The notes beneath the pieces were generated by a model that was not told the origin of the DNA, did not search any database, and worked only from the letters and a program-made list of their open reading frames with translations. A DNA stretch of 64,000 nucleotides from Minisyncoccota bacterium (GTDB taxonomy: Bacteria > Patescibacteriota > Minisyncoccia > Phycocordibacterales > UBA1006), in contig JALEGN010000013.1 of assembly GCA_022763365.1 (NCBI GenBank), forward strand, positions 44,118 to 108,117, given 5' to 3'. Both the position numbers and the translations under genes were made by a program. The stretch's first letter is position 1, and each line of letters opens with the position of its first letter. Of this stretch, positions 9,519 through 20,358 are shown one piece after another.

Positions 9519-9899
9519 TTACATTTCTTCGTCTGTTAGATAAAAGAATTCTTCCCAAACTATTTTTCCATCTTTAACTTTATAGACTGCTAATTCTGAC
9601 ATTGTTTCTCGATGGCCTGATGGTTTATGTGTTGTATCCATGGTGATTGAAACAGAGAAATAATTGTCTGCGACGACTGGTTCTGACATAGATGCTGAAT
9701 GGAGTTCAAAACTCTCTTCCCACCAATCAGCTTTCTTTTTAATTCCATCGAAACCAAAAACCTCTCTAAATTCTCCACCTTGCTCACGACTTACGATATC
9801 AGGACTGAAAAGATCACGATAGGGCTCTTCATAAGGAGCTTCCATATGGCCACTATTAAATAATGCTACTAATTTTTCTGCTACTTGTCGTGTATTCAT
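9519..9899 (-). CDS. NTF2-like / SnoaL-like small protein
   Basis: MNTRQVAEKLVALFNSGHMEA N-terminus typical of SnoaL/ketosteroid-isomerase-like fold; no further support. Confidence 0.4.
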   Translation of the reverse strand: MNTRQVAEKLVALFNSGHMEAPYEEPYRDLFSPDIVSREQGGEFREVFGFDGIKKKADWWEESFELHSASMSEPVVADNYFSVSITMDTTHKPSGHRETMSELAVYKVKDGKIVWEEFFYLTDEEM

Positions 9900-10011
9900 A
9901 ACAGTATTAGTATACCAAAAATCACTCTACTTCTAGAATTGTTTTAAGCCCTGGCAGACTAGAATTCAAACTTGCTCATTTTATTTTAAGAGGTTTATTT
10001 ATACATATAAC

Positions 10012-10041
10012 AAAACACTCAATACTGAGTGTTTTGTTTTT
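10012..10041. terminator. Hairpin terminator at rpoD 3' end
   Basis: Perfect 10-bp stem aaaacactca/tgagtgtttt with 4-nt loop; T-run on plus side, weak U-tract on minus side. Confidence 0.45.
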
Positions 10042-11221
10042 AATAATCCTGAAGTTTTTTAATCTTCTCATTAAGGCGAATTTTTTCATGTACTTTTGCC
10101 TCAATCTGCCGAATACGTTCACGTGTTACATCAAATTTACGTCCAACTTCTTCAAGGGTATGTGAAATACCATCTTCAAGTCCATATCGTAATTCAATAA
10201 TCGTTCGTTCTTTATCAGTCAATTCATCAAGAATTTCTTCTAATTGATCTTTCAAAATTTGTTTTGAAGAATCTCGATCTGGTGATGGAATGGTTTCATC
10301 CGCAATAAATTCACCACGTGTTGATTTCTCTTCACCATCTGAACCAACAGGCTCTTCCAGCGACATCGTCGTCTGATTGATTTTTCCAATCATGTGAATT
10401 TTCTCAACATCCAATTCCATTTCAAGAGCAATCTCCTCTGGTAATGGTTCGCGTCCAAGGTTTTGACTCATTCGTTTGAAGACTTGTTTATATTTTGAGA
10501 TGGTTTCAACCATATGAACAGGAATTCGAATGGTTCGCGATTGATCAGCCAAGGCTCGTGTGATTGATTGGCGAATCCACCAAGTCGCGTAGGTTGAGAA
10601 TTTATATCCCTTGGTCCAGTCAAATTTTTCAACTGCTTTAAAGAGACCAATATTTCCTTCTTGAATAAGGTCAAGGAGCGTCAGATCAGGTGATCGTCCA
10701 ACATATTTTTTAGCCAACGATACTACTAACCTGAGGTTTGCTTTTGCAAGAAGGTTTTTTGCCTCTTCTTCGCCAGCCTCAATACGTTTTGCCAGTGACA
10801 CCTCTTCAGCCGCTTTAATCAATGGATATTTACCAATTTCACGCAGATACATCTGAATTGAATCTTTTGTTTCTGGTTGTTTTTTCGTTGAGAAATCTTT
10901 GGCAAGAAGCTCTTCATCAGTCATCTCAAGCATTCCTCCACCACCTGAACTAGTTCCTCCTTCTACGATTTCAACCTCCGCATCACCGAGGCGTCCATAG
11001 AGTTCATCAAGGAACAAAACATCATCTTCGATATCTGGAAATACCTTAAGGATTTCAGCATAAGTTAAAAAACGACGTTTTTTACCTTTTTCAATGAGCT
11101 CAGTTGCAAGAGCATCGCGCTCTTCAACAGCGCGTTGCTCTTCGATATGAGTTTTTACCGGATCGGCTTTTTTCTTTTTAGTTTTCTTTGTTGTTTTAGC
11201 TTTTGGCATAATGTTATACAC
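10040..11221 (-). CDS. rpoD: RNA polymerase primary sigma factor (sigma-70 family), Lys-rich N-terminal extension
   Basis: Region 2 [31 protein letters not shown], region 4 helix-turn-helix; downstream of dnaG on same strand. Confidence 0.95.
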   Translation of the reverse strand: MYNIMPKAKTTKKTKKKKADPVKTHIEEQRAVEERDALATELIEKGKKRRFLTYAEILKVFPDIEDDVLFLDELYGRLGDAEVEIVEGGTSSGGGGMLEMTDEELLAKDFSTKKQPETKDSIQMYLREIGKYPLIKAAEEVSLAKRIEAGEEEAKNLLAKANLRLVVSLAKKYVGRSPDLTLLDLIQEGNIGLFKAVEKFDWTKGYKFSTYATWWIRQSITRALADQSRTIRIPVHMVETISKYKQVFKRMSQNLGREPLPEEIALEMELDVEKIHMIGKINQTTMSLEEPVGSDGEEKSTRGEFIADETIPSPDRDSSKQILKDQLEEILDELTDKERTIIELRYGLEDGISHTLEEVGRKFDVTRERIRQIEAKVHEKIRLNEKIKKLQDY

Positions 11222-12941
11222 GATTAGTTAATTCTGTCTTTTGCTGGAGAAGCTCTTGCTGTCTTTGGACGAGCCGAGTCACTTCTTCGTTATTTTTTTG
11301 TAGTTCTGCTTGTCGTAATTGTTCAAGGATTGTTTTGAGTTCAGTATCGATGATTCGTATTTTTTCTTGAATCAGCAAAGTATAGATACTGTGTTTTAAG
11401 GTACTCTCTGGTGTATCAGCGTGGCGTTCACTGAGAATAAACTGCTGCATAGCCAATTCTTGTTCTCCTTTTGATTGCAAATCATTATCTATATCTGAAT
11501 CAAATAACTCAAGATATAAATCTTTTTGTTGCTTTTCTATCTCAGTATCAAGTTCAATTTCTTGATCTTGAATATAATGTAGTAAATACAGCACCTGATC
11601 TTGCGGCGATGTTTGGTTTACCTGCACCGCTTGCTGAGTTTGTTCCTGTAATACTGGTTCAATATTTTCATTGGGTACAAAATTTTTAAAATCATCACGA
11701 ACTGCCTCGGTACTGACCCCTAAAAACAGAGCTATTTTTTGCAACATTTTATCCTGCAACATAGCGCTTTTGGTTAAAGCGACAAAGGTAAAAAGATCAG
11801 TATCTACAAGGTTTTTCTTTTCTTCAAACGAATGTTCATTTCGATTAAAGAGTTCAAGGCGATATTCAAGATAGTCTTTCGCATCAAGAACATAGGTATC
11901 CCAGCTCGCCTTTGATTTTACAATCGTATCGGCCGGATCCATTCCCTCTGGCATCACAATTATCTTAACGTTTAATCCGTGCTGATAAGCCAAAAGGACA
12001 CTGCGCCTGGTGGCCTTAATTCCAGCCTTATCCGAATCAAGGGCTAAAATAATGGTGTCAGTAAAACGTTTAATCATCGTGACGTGACTTTCAGTTAAAC
12101 CAGTTCCAGAGATAGCGACCGTATGAACATAGCCTGATTGTTGAGCCAAGAGTACATCAAATTGCCCTTCAACAAGGATACAAGCGTCTTCTTTGCTCAT
12201 AGCTGATTTGGCACTGTGATATCCATAGAGAACTTTTGATTTATCAAATAAGGGACCCTCGGGACTGTTTACGTATTTGGCACCACCTTTCTCAGTCTCT
12301 TCTCCAAAGATTCTTCCTGAAAATCCAACAACGCGACCTCGCCCATCGAACAATGGAAACATGATTCGTGATCTAAATCGGTCATAATATCCGCCGTCAT
12401 CTTTTTTAATAATCAAACCAACAGCTTCGATATCTGCATCAGTATATTTTCGAGACTTAAGGTGGCTATAGATATCTCGCCAAGAATCAAGAGCAAAGCC
12501 AAGCCTGAATTTAACAATAGTTTCCTTAGTAAGTCCTCGAGATAATAAGTGTTCAACAACGTCTTTATTTTTTCGTAGGTGCACCTCATACCACCTCGTT
12601 GCATCATCAAGAATTTTATATTGAAGATGTGTCCTCGTAATTTCTTCTTTTGAAATTTTAGTGTTCTGTAATTGAACGCCTGCCTTATCAGCCAAAATTT
12701 TTAATGCTTCTCTGAAATCAATACGTTCAATTTCTTGAATAAAGGTAAACATGTCACCTCCCTTACCACTTGAAAAACAATAGAAAAAACCCTTCTCTGG
12801 TGAAACAAAGAATGATGGGGTTTTTTCATTAGTAAAGGGTGATTTTCCTTTGTATGTCTTTCCTGCCTTTTCAAGCTTTACATATGAACCCACTACATCC
12901 AAAATATTTAATTTATCTTTGATGATGTCAGTGTTTTGCAT
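11214..12941 (-). CDS. dnaG: DNA primase DnaG (zinc-ribbon ligands largely substituted)
   Basis: N-terminus [29 protein letters not shown] aligns to [19 protein letters not shown]; TOPRIM EGQFDVL...DSDKAG; overlaps rpoD start. Confidence 0.9.
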   Translation of the reverse strand: MQNTDIIKDKLNILDVVGSYVKLEKAGKTYKGKSPFTNEKTPSFFVSPEKGFFYCFSSGKGGDMFTFIQEIERIDFREALKILADKAGVQLQNTKISKEEITRTHLQYKILDDATRWYEVHLRKNKDVVEHLLSRGLTKETIVKFRLGFALDSWRDIYSHLKSRKYTDADIEAVGLIIKKDDGGYYDRFRSRIMFPLFDGRGRVVGFSGRIFGEETEKGGAKYVNSPEGPLFDKSKVLYGYHSAKSAMSKEDACILVEGQFDVLLAQQSGYVHTVAISGTGLTESHVTMIKRFTDTIILALDSDKAGIKATRRSVLLAYQHGLNVKIIVMPEGMDPADTIVKSKASWDTYVLDAKDYLEYRLELFNRNEHSFEEKKNLVDTDLFTFVALTKSAMLQDKMLQKIALFLGVSTEAVRDDFKNFVPNENIEPVLQEQTQQAVQVNQTSPQDQVLYLLHYIQDQEIELDTEIEKQQKDLYLELFDSDIDNDLQSKGEQELAMQQFILSERHADTPESTLKHSIYTLLIQEKIRIIDTELKTILEQLRQAELQKNNEEVTRLVQRQQELLQQKTELTNRV

Positions 12942-12960
12942 AAGGGTTTATTCTGCGTGT

Positions 12961-15900
12961 TTACGCCTCTGTCTTTTCGTCGTTTTCGAGCTCTGCTTCG
13001 ATTGATTCCAATGCCGCATCAGCTTGAGCGGATGGCATTTGATCAAATGGAATAAAGTCATTTCGGAATCCTGTTCCTGCCGGGATCAGGTTTCCTACAA
13101 TAACGTTTTCTTTCAGACCTCGAAGGTCATCTACTTCCGCTCCAGCTGCTGCTGAAACCAAAATACGTGTCGTATGTTGGAATGATGCAGATGAAAGCCA
13201 TGATTTTGTAGAGAGGGCAACTTCTGAAATTCCTTTTACAACAATTTTTCCTTTTGCCGGAAGTCCACCGTCTTTTTCTACACGTTCATTTTCTTGAACC
13301 AATTGAATATTTTCAACCACATCTCCAGTTGAGAATTTAGTATCTCCTGGACTTGTAATTTTTCGACGAGAGAACATCAATCGAGTGATAATTTCAATGT
13401 GTTTCTTTGAAACAGGAGCAGAGTTTAACTCATACACCTTTGCAACCTCTCCAACAATATAATCTTGCGCGATTTCAGGTCCTGCAATGTCAAAGAGTTC
13501 TTGAATATCAGCAGATCCGTCAGTTAAGAGCATTCCAACTGAAACGCGGTCTCCTTTTTTCACTGCTGGTGTTCGTCGTTTTTCTAATTCGTATTCAAGA
13601 GATTTTACTTTTTCTCCTTTTTTTAATTCGAACTCTTCATCACATAAAATATCAATATATTTTACGCCATCTTTGGTTCGTACATCAGACACCATACCTT
13701 TAGCTTTTGAGATAACGGCTGGTGATTTAATATTTGAACGTTTTTCAAATAATTCTTCAATACGTGGAAGCCCAGTAGTAATATCGAGTCCGGTAACTCC
13801 TCCGGCGTGGAAGGTTCGCAGGGTTAGCTGCGTTCCTGGTTCACCAATAGATTGAGATGCAATGGTTCCAACCGCTTCTCCGACTTTCACCATGGCATTT
13901 CGCCCAAGATCAAATCCGTAACATTTCTGACAAACCCCATGAAGTGATTCACATTTAATTGGTGTTCGCACTGCTACTTCAGTAACACCAGCTTCAGCAA
14001 TACGTTTTGCATCATCTTTTTCAATTAAATCTCCTTTTTTATACAAAGTATTTCCATCCTTATCGACAACTTTTTTAGCAAGAACCCGTCCAAAAATATT
14101 ATCTTCAAGAGATTTAACAATTCCGTCAAAGTTTTCTTCAGTCGCAATAACGTGTTGTTTTGTTCCACAGTCTTCTTCAGTAATCACAACATCTTGTGCC
14201 ACGTCATGTAATCGACGTGTTAAGTATCCCGCAGATGCCGTTTTAAGCGCCGTGTCCGTCAGACCCTTACGTGAACCGTGAGTGGTAATAAAGTATTCAA
14301 TTGGCGTAAGTCCTTCTTTATATGAGCTTAAGATAGGGAAATCAATCGCCCGCCCTGACGCGTTAACAATTACCCCTTTCATTCCTGCCATTTGCAGCAT
14401 GTTTGAAGTTGATCCACGCGCACCTGAGGTTACCATGTCATAAATTGACTCTGATGAATCAAGGTTATCGCCGATAACTTTTTCAACATCAACCTTAACT
14501 CCTTCCCATAACTCAATCGTTTTTCGATATCGTTCTGATTCTGAGATAAGTCCTTCGTCATATTGACCTTGAATTTCAAGTGCTTGTTTTCGCCCTTCTT
14601 CAATAATCGTATTTTTCTCTTCTGGAACAACTGCATCAGAATATCCGAAGGTTGAACCTGAGAAGGTTACGTATTTAAATCCAAAGTTTTTAATTTTATC
14701 TAATACCGGAGCCGTTTCATCAATTCCATATTTTTCAATTAATCGAGAAATAATTTTAGAAATATCTTTTTTCTTGATGTCCTGATTCATGAAACCAAAA
14801 TCTTTTGGCATGATGCTATTAAACAGTAATCTCCCTACCGTTGTTTCAAAAGGTTTTCCATCAAATTCTTGATAACGTTCAGTATCTGTCGGTAATACAT
14901 GAATTTTTGCTCGGAAATCTACCTTTTCAAAATCGTAAGCGGTAATAGCTTCATTAGGAGAAGAGAAGATTTTTCCTTCACCTTTAGCTCCTGGAACTGC
15001 CCGTGTCATCCAGTACACACCAAGAACCATGTCTTGTGATGGTGCCACCGTTGGGTCACCTGAAGCTGGCCGAAGTAGGTTTTTACCTGAAGCCATTAAT
15101 TCTTGCGCCTCAAATTGTGCCTCTTCTGAGAGCGGTACATGTACCGCCATTTGGTCTCCATCGAAGTCGGCGTTAAATCCATTACATGAAAGTGGATGTA
15201 ATTGGATAGCTTTTCCTTCAATAAGGATTGGTTGGAAAGCCCGGATTGAAAGTCGGTGCAGCGTTGGCGCACGGTTCAAAAGAACATATTTCCCTTCAAT
15301 CACTTGTTCAAGGATTTCCCAAATTTCATCAGTTGGTTGCTCAAGGAGTTTCCCAGCACCACGAACGTTGAAGGCCATTTCTCGTTCAATAATTTTTGCG
15401 ATAACAAATGGACGGAAAAGTTCAAGCGCCATATTTTTTGGTAGACCACATTGGTTCATGCCAAGTTTTGGACCAACCACAATCACTGAACGTCCTGAAT
15501 AATCAACACGTTTCCCAAGAAGGTTTTGTCGAAACAATCCTTGTTTCCCTTTCAAATTATCTGAAAGAGATTTGAGATTTCGTTTTTGTGATGATGATTT
15601 AGCAACTGTTCCTGAGTGTTTTCGAATGGTGTTATCAATCAACGAATCAACCGCTTCTTGCAGAATACGTTTTTCGTTTCGCAAAATAACATCAGGCGCC
15701 CCAATATTCATCAATTTTTTCAATCGATTATTTCGATTGATCACTCGACGGTAGAGGTCATTCACGTCAGACGTTGCGTAGCGTCCACCTTCAAGAGCCA
15801 CCATAGGTCGTAGTGCCGGTGGAATTACAGGGATCACATCAAGGAACATCCATTCTGGACGAATTCCTTCTCGATTCAACGATCGAATTAATGAAATACG

Positions 15901-16662
15901 TTTTTCAATTTTGGTTCGAACTGCAACTGAACGGGTTGCATGAATATCTTCTTGAAGTTGCACCTCAAGTTCATCAAGGTCAAGTTTTTTGAAGATTTCA
16001 TTAATAGCTTCAGCTCCAATACCTGCTTCAAAGATTGAACCAAATTTCAGTGAGTAAATATTATATTCATCCTCTGAAATAACTTTATACGGAATAATGT
16101 CTTGAATTTGTTTTTTCGTATTATCAAAGAGTTCTTTTAATTTATCTTTGTCTTCATCTGATTCAAGAGTCTTTTGCTTTGCTTTGTATTCACGTTGTAA
16201 TTCGTTCATTACCTTTTCTTTAGCTTCTTCGTGAACTTCAGTAATAATGTAACTAGCAAAGTAAATAACTTTTTCAAGATGTGAAACTGGGATATTCAAA
16301 GCCAATCCCATTCGTGACGGAATTCCTCTCAAGAACCAAATATGAGCTACTGGTGAAGCCAAATCAATGTGTCCCATACGTGATCGCCGCACAATTGACC
16401 GCGTCACTTCAACACCACATTTTTCACATACAATGTCTCGATATCGGATTCCTTTATATTTCCCACAGTAACATTCGTAGTCTTTTTCAGGTCCAAAAAT
16501 TCGTTCATCGAAAAGCCCGTTACGTTCTGATCGTCCGGTTCGATAGTTGATAGTTTCTGGTTTTACCACTTCTCCGAATGACCATGACCGAATAGTTTCC
16601 GGTGAGGTTAATCGAATTGAAACAACTTTTTCTGGATTTATTTTTTGTGTATCAGTACTCAT
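12961..16662 (-). CDS. rpoC: DNA-directed RNA polymerase subunit beta'
   Basis: N-terminus ...IRSWSFGEVVKPETINYRT; zinc motif CGKYKG..CEKCGVEV; NADFDGDQMAVHVPLS catalytic motif. Confidence 0.97.
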   Translation of the reverse strand: MSTDTQKINPEKVVSIRLTSPETIRSWSFGEVVKPETINYRTGRSERNGLFDERIFGPEKDYECYCGKYKGIRYRDIVCEKCGVEVTRSIVRRSRMGHIDLASPVAHIWFLRGIPSRMGLALNIPVSHLEKVIYFASYIITEVHEEAKEKVMNELQREYKAKQKTLESDEDKDKLKELFDNTKKQIQDIIPYKVISEDEYNIYSLKFGSIFEAGIGAEAINEIFKKLDLDELEVQLQEDIHATRSVAVRTKIEKRISLIRSLNREGIRPEWMFLDVIPVIPPALRPMVALEGGRYATSDVNDLYRRVINRNNRLKKLMNIGAPDVILRNEKRILQEAVDSLIDNTIRKHSGTVAKSSSQKRNLKSLSDNLKGKQGLFRQNLLGKRVDYSGRSVIVVGPKLGMNQCGLPKNMALELFRPFVIAKIIEREMAFNVRGAGKLLEQPTDEIWEILEQVIEGKYVLLNRAPTLHRLSIRAFQPILIEGKAIQLHPLSCNGFNADFDGDQMAVHVPLSEEAQFEAQELMASGKNLLRPASGDPTVAPSQDMVLGVYWMTRAVPGAKGEGKIFSSPNEAITAYDFEKVDFRAKIHVLPTDTERYQEFDGKPFETTVGRLLFNSIMPKDFGFMNQDIKKKDISKIISRLIEKYGIDETAPVLDKIKNFGFKYVTFSGSTFGYSDAVVPEEKNTIIEEGRKQALEIQGQYDEGLISESERYRKTIELWEGVKVDVEKVIGDNLDSSESIYDMVTSGARGSTSNMLQMAGMKGVIVNASGRAIDFPILSSYKEGLTPIEYFITTHGSRKGLTDTALKTASAGYLTRRLHDVAQDVVITEEDCGTKQHVIATEENFDGIVKSLEDNIFGRVLAKKVVDKDGNTLYKKGDLIEKDDAKRIAEAGVTEVAVRTPIKCESLHGVCQKCYGFDLGRNAMVKVGEAVGTIASQSIGEPGTQLTLRTFHAGGVTGLDITTGLPRIEELFEKRSNIKSPAVISKAKGMVSDVRTKDGVKYIDILCDEEFELKKGEKVKSLEYELEKRRTPAVKKGDRVSVGMLLTDGSADIQELFDIAGPEIAQDYIVGEVAKVYELNSAPVSKKHIEIITRLMFSRRKITSPGDTKFSTGDVVENIQLVQENERVEKDGGLPAKGKIVVKGISEVALSTKSWLSSASFQHTTRILVSAAAGAEVDDLRGLKENVIVGNLIPAGTGFRNDFIPFDQMPSAQADAALESIEAELENDEKTEA

Positions 16663-16664
16663 AA

Positions 16665-19600
16665 TTAGTCTTCAGTTACGTCTGCTTCTACCACTGCATC
16701 ATCAGCAATATCAATAAGCTCGTTATTTTTAATAACTTCTAGATTTACATCCAAGGCAAGACCTCGCAGGTAATTCGTTAATACATCAAATGATGCAGGT
16801 GTGTTTTGTTCTCGGATCTTTTGACCTTTGATAATTGAATCAAAAGCAGCTGATCGTCCGGTCACATCGTCTGATTTAATCGTTAACATTTCTCGAAGCG
16901 TATGAGCTGCTCCGTATCCTTCAAGGGCCCAGACCTCCATTTCCCCAAATCGTTGCCCTCCTGATTGAGCCTTACCTCCGAGAGGTTGTTGGGTAATCAA
17001 TGAGTATGGACCGATTGAACGTGCGTGCATCTTATCATCAATCATGTGGTGGAGTTTCAGAATATACATGTATCCAACCGCAACATCTTGATCAAATTTT
17101 TGTCCTGTCCGTCCATCGTAAAGAGTTACCTTACCTGACCCTGAGAATCCTGCTTCTTCTAATTCAGCAGCAATTTCATCAGCAGTTGCCCCTGCAAATG
17201 GTGGCACAACAGCCTGATACCCTAAGGTATTTGCCGCAAGTCCAAGGTGCATTTCAAGAATCTGCCCTAGGTTCATACGTGACGGAATTCCCAACGGTGT
17301 CAAAATAACATCAACTGGTGTTCCATCTTCCATGTATGGCATATCTTCTTCTGGAAGAATAATTGAAATAACCCCTTTGTTTCCGTGTCGTCCTGCAAGC
17401 TTGTCTCCAACTTTGATATTTCGTAGTTGTGCAACTTCGATGTAAACTTTTTTCAGCACTCCTGATTCAAGTTTATGACCGTGTTCACGCGAGAATACTT
17501 TAACTCCGATAATTCGTCCTTTTTTACCGTAACCAAGGCGGAGTGAGGTATCTTTCACATCTCGAGATTTTTCTCCAAAAATTGATCGAAGAAGTTTTTC
17601 TTCTGGTGTTAGTTCAGTTTCACCTTTTGGTGTTACCTTTCCAACCAAAATATCGTTTTCACCGACGTAGGCTCCAACGCGAACAATTCCATCTTCATCA
17701 AGGTTTGCAAGTTTAGCCTCCCCTACATTTGGAATGTCAGTTGTTGTTTGTTCTTCTCCTAGTTTTGTATCACGAATCACACATTCGTATTCATCAATAC
17801 GGATTGACGTAAAGATTGAGTTCTTTACCAATTTTTCCGAAAGAATAATCGCATCCTCAAAGTTTTGACCATTCCAACACATAAATGCCACTAAAACGTT
17901 TTGTCCGATTGCCAATTGTCCCCCTTCAGTTGTTGAGGTATCAGCTAACACTTGTCCTTTTTTAACTTTGTCACCTACGGTCACAATGGCTCGCTGGTGG
18001 AAGAATGAGTTTGAGTTTGTTCGAATAAAGTTAATCAAATTATATGATTCTTTATTTCCTTTTGAATCTTTAACAACAATATGTTTACCATCTGATTCAA
18101 TTACTGTTCCTGATCCACGTGAAATTACCACACGACCAGTATCGAGTGCTGCTTTTCCTTCCATACCTGTCCCAACTAGTGGTGCCTGAGGGACAATCAA
18201 TGGAACGGCTTGTTTCATCATGTTTGATCCCATTAAAGATCGGTTCGCATCATCAGCTTCTAAGAATGGAATCAATGAGGTCGCAACTGAAAACGCTGCG
18301 TTGGTTGCAACGTCAATGAAATCAACTTCATCTTTATTACAAATACCAGGCCGAGTTTTCAATCGAGCCTCTACAATATCATTTACAAATTTCCCATTTT
18401 TATCATAAGGATTAGATGCGTGAGCAATATTATATTTCTCTTCATCCATCGCATTAAGGTAGACGATTTCACCTGTTACCTTTCCTTTTGAAACTTTGGC
18501 ATATGGCGCTTCAATCATTCCAAAATTATTAATACGTGCGTACACAGACATACGTAAAATAAGTCCAATGTTTTGTCCTTCCGGTGTATGGATTGGACAT
18601 ACACGCCCATAGTGAGATGGGTGTACGTCACGTACCTCAAATCCAGCACGCTCACGTGTCAATCCTCCTGGTCCAAGCGCTGAAAGAGTTCTTAGGTGAG
18701 AAATCTCTGAAAGAGCGTTTTCCTGATCCATGTATTGTGACAACTGAGATGTCGCAAAGAATTCTTTTACGCGGGCTTGGAATGGACGCTGATTCACCAA
18801 ATTGATTGCTGAACTGGTGTCATTATCAACGGTCGACATTCGGTCTTTAATATTTCGTTTCATTTGTGACAATGCTTGACGAACTTTTTGTTCAAGCAAT
18901 TCACCAACAAACCGAACGCGACGTGATCCCAAGTGGTCAATATCATCAGCCTGTGCATGCGGATCCACGTTCAGGTGTGAAATTTTTGTCATGATAGTCA
19001 CCAAATCATCAGCTGAAAGAACTTGATCATAGACTCCTTCTTTTTTAGGTAGTTCTTTATCAAAACGTTTGTTGAAATGATATCGTCCAACTTCTGATAG
19101 ATCATATAAGGTATCACCAAATACTGCTTCAAAATATTCAACAAGGGCATCTGCAGAGGCAACTTCCCCATCACGAATACGCCGATAGACATCAGCGTAG
19201 GCTTCTTCTTTGGTGTTTGAAGAATCTTTCGCCAGCGTATCTTTAATTTGCTTCAAAGCTACTTCATCCCCAGCAAAAGCTTTTTCGATTTCTTCGTTTG
19301 TTTCCAACCCAAAAATTCGCAAAAGCGCTGTTGCAGCAAACTTTCGTTTTTTATCAATTCGGACATAAATAGCACCGTCTTTGTTTGATTCAAATTCAAT
19401 CCATGCTCCACGTCCTGGAATAATCTTTGCACCGTAAAATGGTCCTTTTGGATGATCATCAACCGTGAAAAATACCCCGTATGAACGAGCAAGTTGCGGA
19501 ACAATAACACGCTCAATACCATTGATAATAAAGGTTCCATGCGGTGTCATAAAGGGAATCTCAGTAAGGAAGATTTCTTCTTCTTTTGTTGAATCAAGCG

Positions 19601-19886
19601 TTTTGTTATGAAGAGCAACTTTTGCCTTCAATCGTGCTTGGAAGGTTTCTCGATTTTCTCGAGCATGGTATTCGTCGAATTCTGGATATTCTAAATCAAA
19701 ACCAAGAAAACTTAGTTCAAATTTCTTTTCAGAATAGTCAGCAATTGGTGAGAATTCCATAATGGCATCTTGAAGTCCGCCATTCATGAAAGCCTCAAAA
19801 GAAGCAATTTGATTTTCTACCAAATTTGGCACATCAACTAGCGCCTCTTTATATTTTGAAAAATATTTTTTTTCTCGTGTGGTCAT
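16665..19886 (-). CDS. rpoB: DNA-directed RNA polymerase subunit beta
   Basis: N-terminus MTTREKKYFSKYKEALVDVPNLVENQIASFEAF aligns to the E. coli RpoB N-terminus; ATG at 19886 preferred over the 19904 extension; immediately upstream of rpoC. Confidence 0.97.
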   Translation of the reverse strand: MTTREKKYFSKYKEALVDVPNLVENQIASFEAFMNGGLQDAIMEFSPIADYSEKKFELSFLGFDLEYPEFDEYHARENRETFQARLKAKVALHNKTLDSTKEEEIFLTEIPFMTPHGTFIINGIERVIVPQLARSYGVFFTVDDHPKGPFYGAKIIPGRGAWIEFESNKDGAIYVRIDKKRKFAATALLRIFGLETNEEIEKAFAGDEVALKQIKDTLAKDSSNTKEEAYADVYRRIRDGEVASADALVEYFEAVFGDTLYDLSEVGRYHFNKRFDKELPKKEGVYDQVLSADDLVTIMTKISHLNVDPHAQADDIDHLGSRRVRFVGELLEQKVRQALSQMKRNIKDRMSTVDNDTSSAINLVNQRPFQARVKEFFATSQLSQYMDQENALSEISHLRTLSALGPGGLTRERAGFEVRDVHPSHYGRVCPIHTPEGQNIGLILRMSVYARINNFGMIEAPYAKVSKGKVTGEIVYLNAMDEEKYNIAHASNPYDKNGKFVNDIVEARLKTRPGICNKDEVDFIDVATNAAFSVATSLIPFLEADDANRSLMGSNMMKQAVPLIVPQAPLVGTGMEGKAALDTGRVVISRGSGTVIESDGKHIVVKDSKGNKESYNLINFIRTNSNSFFHQRAIVTVGDKVKKGQVLADTSTTEGGQLAIGQNVLVAFMCWNGQNFEDAIILSEKLVKNSIFTSIRIDEYECVIRDTKLGEEQTTTDIPNVGEAKLANLDEDGIVRVGAYVGENDILVGKVTPKGETELTPEEKLLRSIFGEKSRDVKDTSLRLGYGKKGRIIGVKVFSREHGHKLESGVLKKVYIEVAQLRNIKVGDKLAGRHGNKGVISIILPEEDMPYMEDGTPVDVILTPLGIPSRMNLGQILEMHLGLAANTLGYQAVVPPFAGATADEIAAELEEAGFSGSGKVTLYDGRTGQKFDQDVAVGYMYILKLHHMIDDKMHARSIGPYSLITQQPLGGKAQSGGQRFGEMEVWALEGYGAAHTLREMLTIKSDDVTGRSAAFDSIIKGQKIREQNTPASFDVLTNYLRGLALDVNLEVIKNNELIDIADDAVVEADVTED

Positions 19887-20039
19887 AAAATGCAAAATCA
19901 CCATAGGCCTGAGACCAATGGTGTGTGTATGTTTCTAAGAGTGGTGAATAAATAAATGGATTGACATATGGTGTCGAAAAACCCAAAGCAGCAGCAACTC
20001 AATCAATATATTAGGTACTGTGTATATTACGAATATTTA

Positions 20040-20078
20040 TATTTTTGTCAAAAAAAATACGAGTTTAACTCGTATCAC
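20040..20078 (-). terminator. Strong rho-independent terminator (minus strand) overlapping the end of the 76-aa ORF, upstream of the rpoB leader
   Basis: Perfect 9-bp stem atacgagtt/aactcgtat followed on the minus strand by ttttttttt. Confidence 0.6.
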
Positions 20079-20295
20079 TATTTGTATTAGGATTCCAGGG
20101 TAAGGATGCACCAAGAGGAATAACTTTTCCTTCTTTTTTAATATTAGAACTCTGATTAAAATCTGATTTTTCACTATTAGGAAATAATAATAAACGATCA
20201 ATTTTATTCCCTTGCTTGTCAAAAAAATTACCAATACCATCCATTTTTACCTTGATGCCATTTATCTCACTGTCATACCATTTTTTCTTTTTCAT
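20065..20295 (-). CDS. Hypothetical 76-aa protein
   Basis: ORF with its own downstream intrinsic terminator; no recognisable motifs. Confidence 0.3.
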   Translation of the reverse strand: MKKKKWYDSEINGIKVKMDGIGNFFDKQGNKIDRLLLFPNSEKSDFNQSSNIKKEGKVIPLGASLPWNPNTNSDTS

Positions 20296-20358
20296 ATTTA
20301 ATATTAAATTTTGAAAATTATAGACCTGCTCACATACATGAGAGGTCTAGATTAAACT

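Noticed and set aside
13407-18805. Multiple 60-157-aa ORFs on the plus strand inside rpoC and rpoB (e.g. 15029-15502, 17000-17308)
   Set aside because: They are entirely antisense to highly conserved RNAP genes and have low-complexity, Arg/Ser-rich translations typical of antisense frames. They are spurious.
20037-20240. 67-aa ORF overlapping the 76-aa ORF upstream of rpoB
   Set aside because: It lies in a different frame on the same strand and is entirely overlapped. Its Ile/Leu/Lys-rich sequence reflects an AT-rich frame, and the terminator geometry favours the 20065-20295 ORF.
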